A stretch of 64,000 nt of DNA, from positions 224,001 through 288,000 of the forward strand of contig CAVSHO010000001.1 in NCBI GenBank assembly GCA_963727825.1, given 5' to 3'. Numbering within the stretch: position 1 is the stretch's first letter; the number at the start of each line of letters is the position of its first letter. Below the pieces are notes generated by a model. It made no database searches, was not told where the DNA came from, and saw only the letters and a program-made list of their open reading frames with translations. Shown here one piece after another: positions 61,756 to 64,000 of this stretch. Position numbers and translations under genes: made by a program. This stretch comes from Ignavibacteriota bacterium. GTDB taxonomy: Bacteria > Bacteroidota > Ignavibacteria > UBA10030.

Positions 61756-61834
61756 TGTAGGAACGCCTACAGCACCGGCAGGCGGTAACGCTGAAGGCAC
61801 ACCTTTTCCGAGTTCTCTGGTTAGCGAGGGAACT
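61756..61834. repeat. GC-rich palindromes between convergent genes
   Basis: TGTAG..CGCCTACAGCACCGGCAGGCG (61764-61784) and AGTTCTCT..AGGGAACT (61811-61834). Confidence 0.45.
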
Positions 61835-62757
61835 TATTGAAATTCATTGGACTTTAACTTTATTCGCTGTGTGCCGGGAAGCATTCCGCGTTTGAGAAAA
61901 AGCATCTGTCCATCTGCTGTGGCAACGTAAGTGCCAAAACCTGCCGCTAAATCAAAATGATTTCTCGTGTACATATATATTGCCCGCTTGAGTGGATAAT
62001 AATTTCGGTAGATATTTGCAGGGTGAGGTGAAAAGAAATTTCCAATCGTTTCGGCCGGAGCTGCAAACGTCGTATCAGTATCTTCATTTGTTCTGCCAAG
62101 GTTAAGAATTTTCGCATTTGATTTCGCCGAATCAATCCATGCTAACGCAACAAAGCCAAGTGCAAGCGGATCTTTTTCTACCGACCGAAGCGTTTGAATG
62201 TCTGAACTTGTAGGAGTGAATTTTGTCGAGATGCCAGCTTGCTTAAATAATCGCTGGTTAAGATATTCTGTTACATCCGATGAATCATGGCAGTAAATTT
62301 TAATCGTACCTTTCATTGGTTTTGTAAACTGCTCCCATCGTGTTATCGTTCCTGATAATATTTTTTGAATTTCCGTTGTTGTCATTTTAATTGTCTTGTT
62401 CTTTGGATGTACGACAGCAATAATAGCATCGTAAGCGATAATCAACTCGTTTAGATCAGTGGAAATATTTTTTGCTTGTTCTTTTTCCGCTTGCGACAAT
62501 GGACGCGTAAGAAAAGCAATGCGCGCGGTGTCTCTGACGAAGTGGCGTGCAGCTGTCTCAGCGGAGACGATAGTATCCGTTATATGCGCGCCATTTGCTT
62601 GATAGAGATTGATGAATTCATTTACTTCATCAAGCATCACGGGAGCGATAGATTCTGGAATGAAAACGTGCAAATTGCCTTTTGTTGTTGTTTCCTTTTC
62701 CTCGGTGCTGCAACCAAGAAATAGAGCAATCATACAAGTATAGCAGAATATTCGCAT
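61834..62757 (-). CDS. PstS-like substrate-binding lipoprotein
   Basis: Lipobox FLGC; IAYDAIIAVVHP, YPLKRAIY, GQMLFLKRG. Confidence 0.8.
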   Translation of the reverse strand: MRIFCYTCMIALFLGCSTEEKETTTKGNLHVFIPESIAPVMLDEVNEFINLYQANGAHITDTIVSAETAARHFVRDTARIAFLTRPLSQAEKEQAKNISTDLNELIIAYDAIIAVVHPKNKTIKMTTTEIQKILSGTITRWEQFTKPMKGTIKIYCHDSSDVTEYLNQRLFKQAGISTKFTPTSSDIQTLRSVEKDPLALGFVALAWIDSAKSNAKILNLGRTNEDTDTTFAAPAETIGNFFSPHPANIYRNYYPLKRAIYMYTRNHFDLAAGFGTYVATADGQMLFLKRGMLPGTQRIKLKSNEFQ

Positions 62758-62781
62758 AAGATATTCCTTCCTGATAAAATA

Positions 62782-64000
62782 TTATGTGGCTATAGTAGAA
62801 GTCTCTGTGGCGCGCTCTTCAACTTGTTGTAACAAAATGAGTCCGGCGAGAAGAAAGAACCCAACAGAGAGAATGGCAAACCGTTGATTGAGATATGAAG
62901 AAACGAATCCAAAAACGACCGGCCCAAGTACAGCAGATGCTTTTCCAAAGAATGAATAGAATCCAAAAAACTCTGTTTTCTTTTCTTGCGGAGTGATGAT
63001 GGACATCATGCCCCTGCTGGTTGATTGAGAAGAACCGAGAGCTAATCCGGCAAATACGCCGAGGCCATAGAACATCCATTTATTTTGAATAAAATATGCT
63101 ATTACTACTATGCTCAACCACATAAGCAAAGTGATGCTGAGCGTTCGTTTGTGAGTAGTATGATCTGCCAAGATGCCGAAAATAATAGAACCAAAAATAG
63201 CAGAAGTTTGCACCATGGCAAAGTAAATGACAATTTCACCGAGATCCATCTTTAGCGTTTCGCGTGCAAATAGAGAAGAAAATACAATTATAGTATTCAC
63301 GCCATCGATATAAATAAAATATGAAATCAGAAAGCGTGCGATGTTTCGGTACCGAGGAAATTGTCGATACGTGGTTCGAAGCCGAGAAAAACCAATTTTA
63401 ATAAAGTCCAACTTCAAACTCTTGGTTCGTTGTTTATCAGGAAGAAAGAAAAACAATGGCAATGAGAATACGAAAAAGAAAGCAGCGGCAATAATAAAAC
63501 TAAAACGAACGTTGAGAAGATTGTCCATGCCGAATCCGCCTGTGTACAAAGGAAATACTACGGCAAGTGAAACAAGCGATCCAACATATCCAAGTGCGAA
63601 TCCATAACCCGAAACACGGCCATAACTTCGAACTGTTGTTATTTCCGGAAGGAATGCATCATAGAATACCAACCCTGCCTCGAACCCGATATTCGAAATG
63701 ATAAGCAGCGCCATTCCCATAAAGATCATTCCAGCATGCACGAAGAAAAGACTCGATGTTGCAAGAATGCACAGCGTTGTGAGAATACCGAGGAATCGTT
63801 TTTTGCCTGCGCCATAATCAGCGACAGCGCCAAGAATAGGGGAAAAGAGCGCTACGATTAACATGGAAATACTAAACGCGGAACCCCATAGAAAATCTCC
63901 CTGGTTACTGCTTTGCGCGACAATTTCTTTGAAGTAGAGCGGATAACCTACGGTGAGAATGAGAACGTAAAATGCTGTGTGCGCGAAGTCGAACAGTGCC
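62782..64000 (-). CDS. MFS transporter (ATG22/UMF1 family), 5' end outside window
   Basis: Frame open to window edge (ALFDFAHTAF); PILGAVAD, FYDAFL, GRVSGYGFALGY, EFFGFY. Confidence 0.9.
   Translation of the reverse strand, partial: ALFDFAHTAFYVLILTVGYPLYFKEIVAQSSNQGDFLWGSAFSISMLIVALFSPILGAVADYGAGKKRFLGILTTLCILATSSLFFVHAGMIFMGMALLIISNIGFEAGLVFYDAFLPEITTVRSYGRVSGYGFALGYVGSLVSLAVVFPLYTGGFGMDNLLNVRFSFIIAAAFFFVFSLPLFFFLPDKQRTKSLKLDFIKIGFSRLRTTYRQFPRYRNIARFLISYFIYIDGVNTIIVFSSLFARETLKMDLGEIVIYFAMVQTSAIFGSIIFGILADHTTHKRTLSITLLMWLSIVVIAYFIQNKWMFYGLGVFAGLALGSSQSTSRGMMSIITPQEKKTEFFGFYSFFGKASAVLGPVVFGFVSSYLNQRFAILSVGFFLLAGLILLQQVEERATETSTIAT

Noticed and set aside
1-64000. CRISPR array, tRNA/rRNA, transposase, integrase or prophage
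   Set aside because: No regularly spaced direct repeats, RNA gene signatures or mobile-element proteins recognised.

Overview
Chromosomal region of an FCB-group bacterium, most likely Ignavibacteriota/Bacteroidota-like. Support: T9SS C-terminal sorting domains, TonB receptor, Omp85/TamB proteins, split rfaE1/rfaE2, and TTGACA-17-TATATT promoters. Content is mostly housekeeping: a rearranged kdp operon start with extra small ORFs, rqcH divergent from yicC-gmk-rpoZ-coaBC-udg-VIT1-dnaB with a DnaA-box cluster between them, pdxJ, fba, pepT/OPT, a TPP-riboswitch-controlled thiamine uptake operon, rfaE1/E2-tamB-rnr-Omp85 and several secreted proteins, including a ~2050-aa S-layer-like protein. No tRNA, rRNA, CRISPR or transposase was seen. 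The most unusual signal is a set of intergenic palindromic repeats carrying smaller GC-rich palindromes inserted inside them, with an empty and a filled copy of one element both in the window. Other notable items are a papain-like protease with a dockerin-like tail followed by a decayed cohesin-like gene, and an orphan IrrE/ImmA protease one -1 shift from fusion to a macrodomain. Several genes carry single-base insertions, probably assembly errors. All family assignments are from motif recognition; no database search was run.
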